NCBI GenBank assembly: GCA_048213135.1
Contig: PS015018.1
Location: 1-64,000 of the forward strand
DNA length: 64,000 nucleotides
Source of the DNA: Reclinomonas americana ATCC 50394
Taxonomy: Eukaryota
Direction: 5' to 3'
Shown: one piece after another, positions 62,644-64,000 of the stretch
How positions within the stretch are numbered: position 1 is the first letter of the stretch
Layout: every line of letters begins with the position of its first letter
Program-made: the position numbers and the translations under genes
Notes under the pieces: generated by a model
What the model was told of the DNA's origin: nothing
The model's input: the letters and a program-made list of their open reading frames with translations, nothing else
Databases searched by the model: none

Positions 62644-64000
62644 CAAGAGGTTGATGATGAGTTGTCTTGTGCGTGCAGGACGGCTATGATGAGGGCGTGG
62701 ATCGCGTGGCGCAAGAGTTTGTCGCCTCGCATAGCATGCGACACGTGCAGCACCCGCGCGTGCTCATTCGCAGTGAGGGCGCCGAGTTCATCGCCGACAT
62801 GTACGCGTTCGTGCTGGAGCATGTGTTTGGCGAGTTTCCCGAGACCAAGGCATGACGAGGGAGGAGAGGTGTCATGATGGTTTTTCGTGCTGGCTGACTC
62901 GCTGGCGTGCTCGTGCACAGCATGCTATTATCATGGAGGATGATCTGGAGGTGGCCGCGGATATTTTGTGGTACTTTGCCATGATGGCACCGCTGCTCGA
63001 TCGTGAGGAGGGCGAGCACACGTCCGTGGAAGTCGACGCCACTGTCATGGCCATCAGCGCCTACAACGACAATGGCTTCGAGGGCCGTGTGCGCTTCACG
63101 AATCAGATGCATCGCACCAACTATTTTGTCGGTATGTTGCTTCTCTGCTCTTGTGACCGATGTGTGGACGTACGACCCACCGCCCCACCACTTCTGCTGC
63201 AGGACTGGGTTGGCTGTGCAGTCGGTGGCTGGCGGAGGAGCTGTTGCCGCAGTGGCCGAGTACGCATTGGGACATGTGGATTCGCAAGTCGGCCATTGCG
63301 AAGAATCGTGTGACGCTGTATCCTGAAGTGAGTCTCCCTCGTTGTTGTGTGGGAGTTGTCTGCTGAGGTTGTCGCTGCTGCAGATCTCGCGCGTGTATCA
63401 CTTTGGCGAGGTTGGCACGCACACTTCCCTCGTGCCGACAACCATGTATTCGCGCATCGTGTTGGCCAGCAGTGCCGCCAGTTGCGTCGCTCTCATGTTG
63501 TGGAGGACCATAAACAGTAGATCTCATGGTGAGCGGGCAGGAATTCTGGACTGGAGACGGTACCGAGAGGCGGACTATGACGCCTTCTTGCAGCAGCAGT
63601 TGGTGTCGGCGGTGAGCGTGTCCACCATGGACGAACTCGAGGCCGTGGCCGACATGGTCACGTCGCAGCCGGTGGTCATGTGGCTCTCTCTTGGAAAAGA
63701 TGAGGTTTCGTGCACCACCACCTACCAACCTACCCTCCTCTCCATTCTCTTACATGACTGTCGGTGCAGGAAATCTGGCAATTCGTCGCAAGTGTGTTTG
63801 AGCTGTGGCCCAACAGCAACCCCATTCGCAACTCCTACAAGGGTTCGTGGATACTGCGTGTGGGAGTGTGTGTGCCCTCGGCGGCCCATTAGGGTGTGGC
63901 TTTCCTGACTGCAGGTGTCATTCCACTGTGGTATCGCGAGAGACGACTGTACTTTGTGCTGGACACGTCGCCGTTTGCCACTCTGCGACCTGCTGTGGTC
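62001..64000 (+). CDS. GT13 beta-1,2-N-acetylglucosaminyltransferase (GnT-I/POMGNT1-like), 3' partial
   Basis: N-terminal signal anchor; PIAVIAYNRPDYLRRTLESL, IYQDG, AIIMEDDLEVAAD, AISAYNDNG, RTNYFVGLGW, WPSTHWDMWIR and YPEISRVYHFGEVG are GT13 motifs in the expected order. Confidence 0.9.
62348..62642. repeat. (GA)n microsatellite within a GT13 intron
   Basis: GA tracts on both sides of a 20-N gap. Confidence 0.85.

Noticed and set aside
1-64000. CRISPR arrays, tRNA/rRNA genes, transposons, introner-type repeated introns, U12 introns
   Set aside because: No repeat-spacer arrays, RNA-gene signatures, transposase/RT motifs, shared intron bodies (apart from the FkbM paralogue pair) or RTATCCTT donors were seen.

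Overview
This is a gene-dense, GC-rich eukaryotic (protist-like) draft scaffold with many N-gaps, short spliceosomal introns (mostly about 55-100 nt) and (GA)n/(GT)n microsatellites. I could not identify the organism. By splicing exons by hand I recover about 15 genes: a partial hypothetical gene, a Pro-rich BTB/POZ protein, three signal-peptide FkbM-family methyltransferases (two in tandem), an SH3 + kinesin-14 fusion, GT2, GT77-like and GT13 (GnT-I-like) glycosyltransferases, a START-domain protein, a ~20 kb giant cadherin-repeat/FN3 single-pass receptor, a homeobox gene, RPL35, MOB1 and an acidic hypothetical protein. The most striking signal is in the splice code. About 20 introns, including ones fixed by highly conserved proteins (RPL35, MOB1, homeodomain, kinesin), use a one-base-shifted donor GTTGCG/GTTGAG, almost always when the exon does not end in G, and about 7 introns are GC-AG. 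Many N-gaps have flanks that join with no missing bases, and three contigs are inverted or misplaced, most likely as scaffolding artefacts. All gene models are manual inferences without RNA data.
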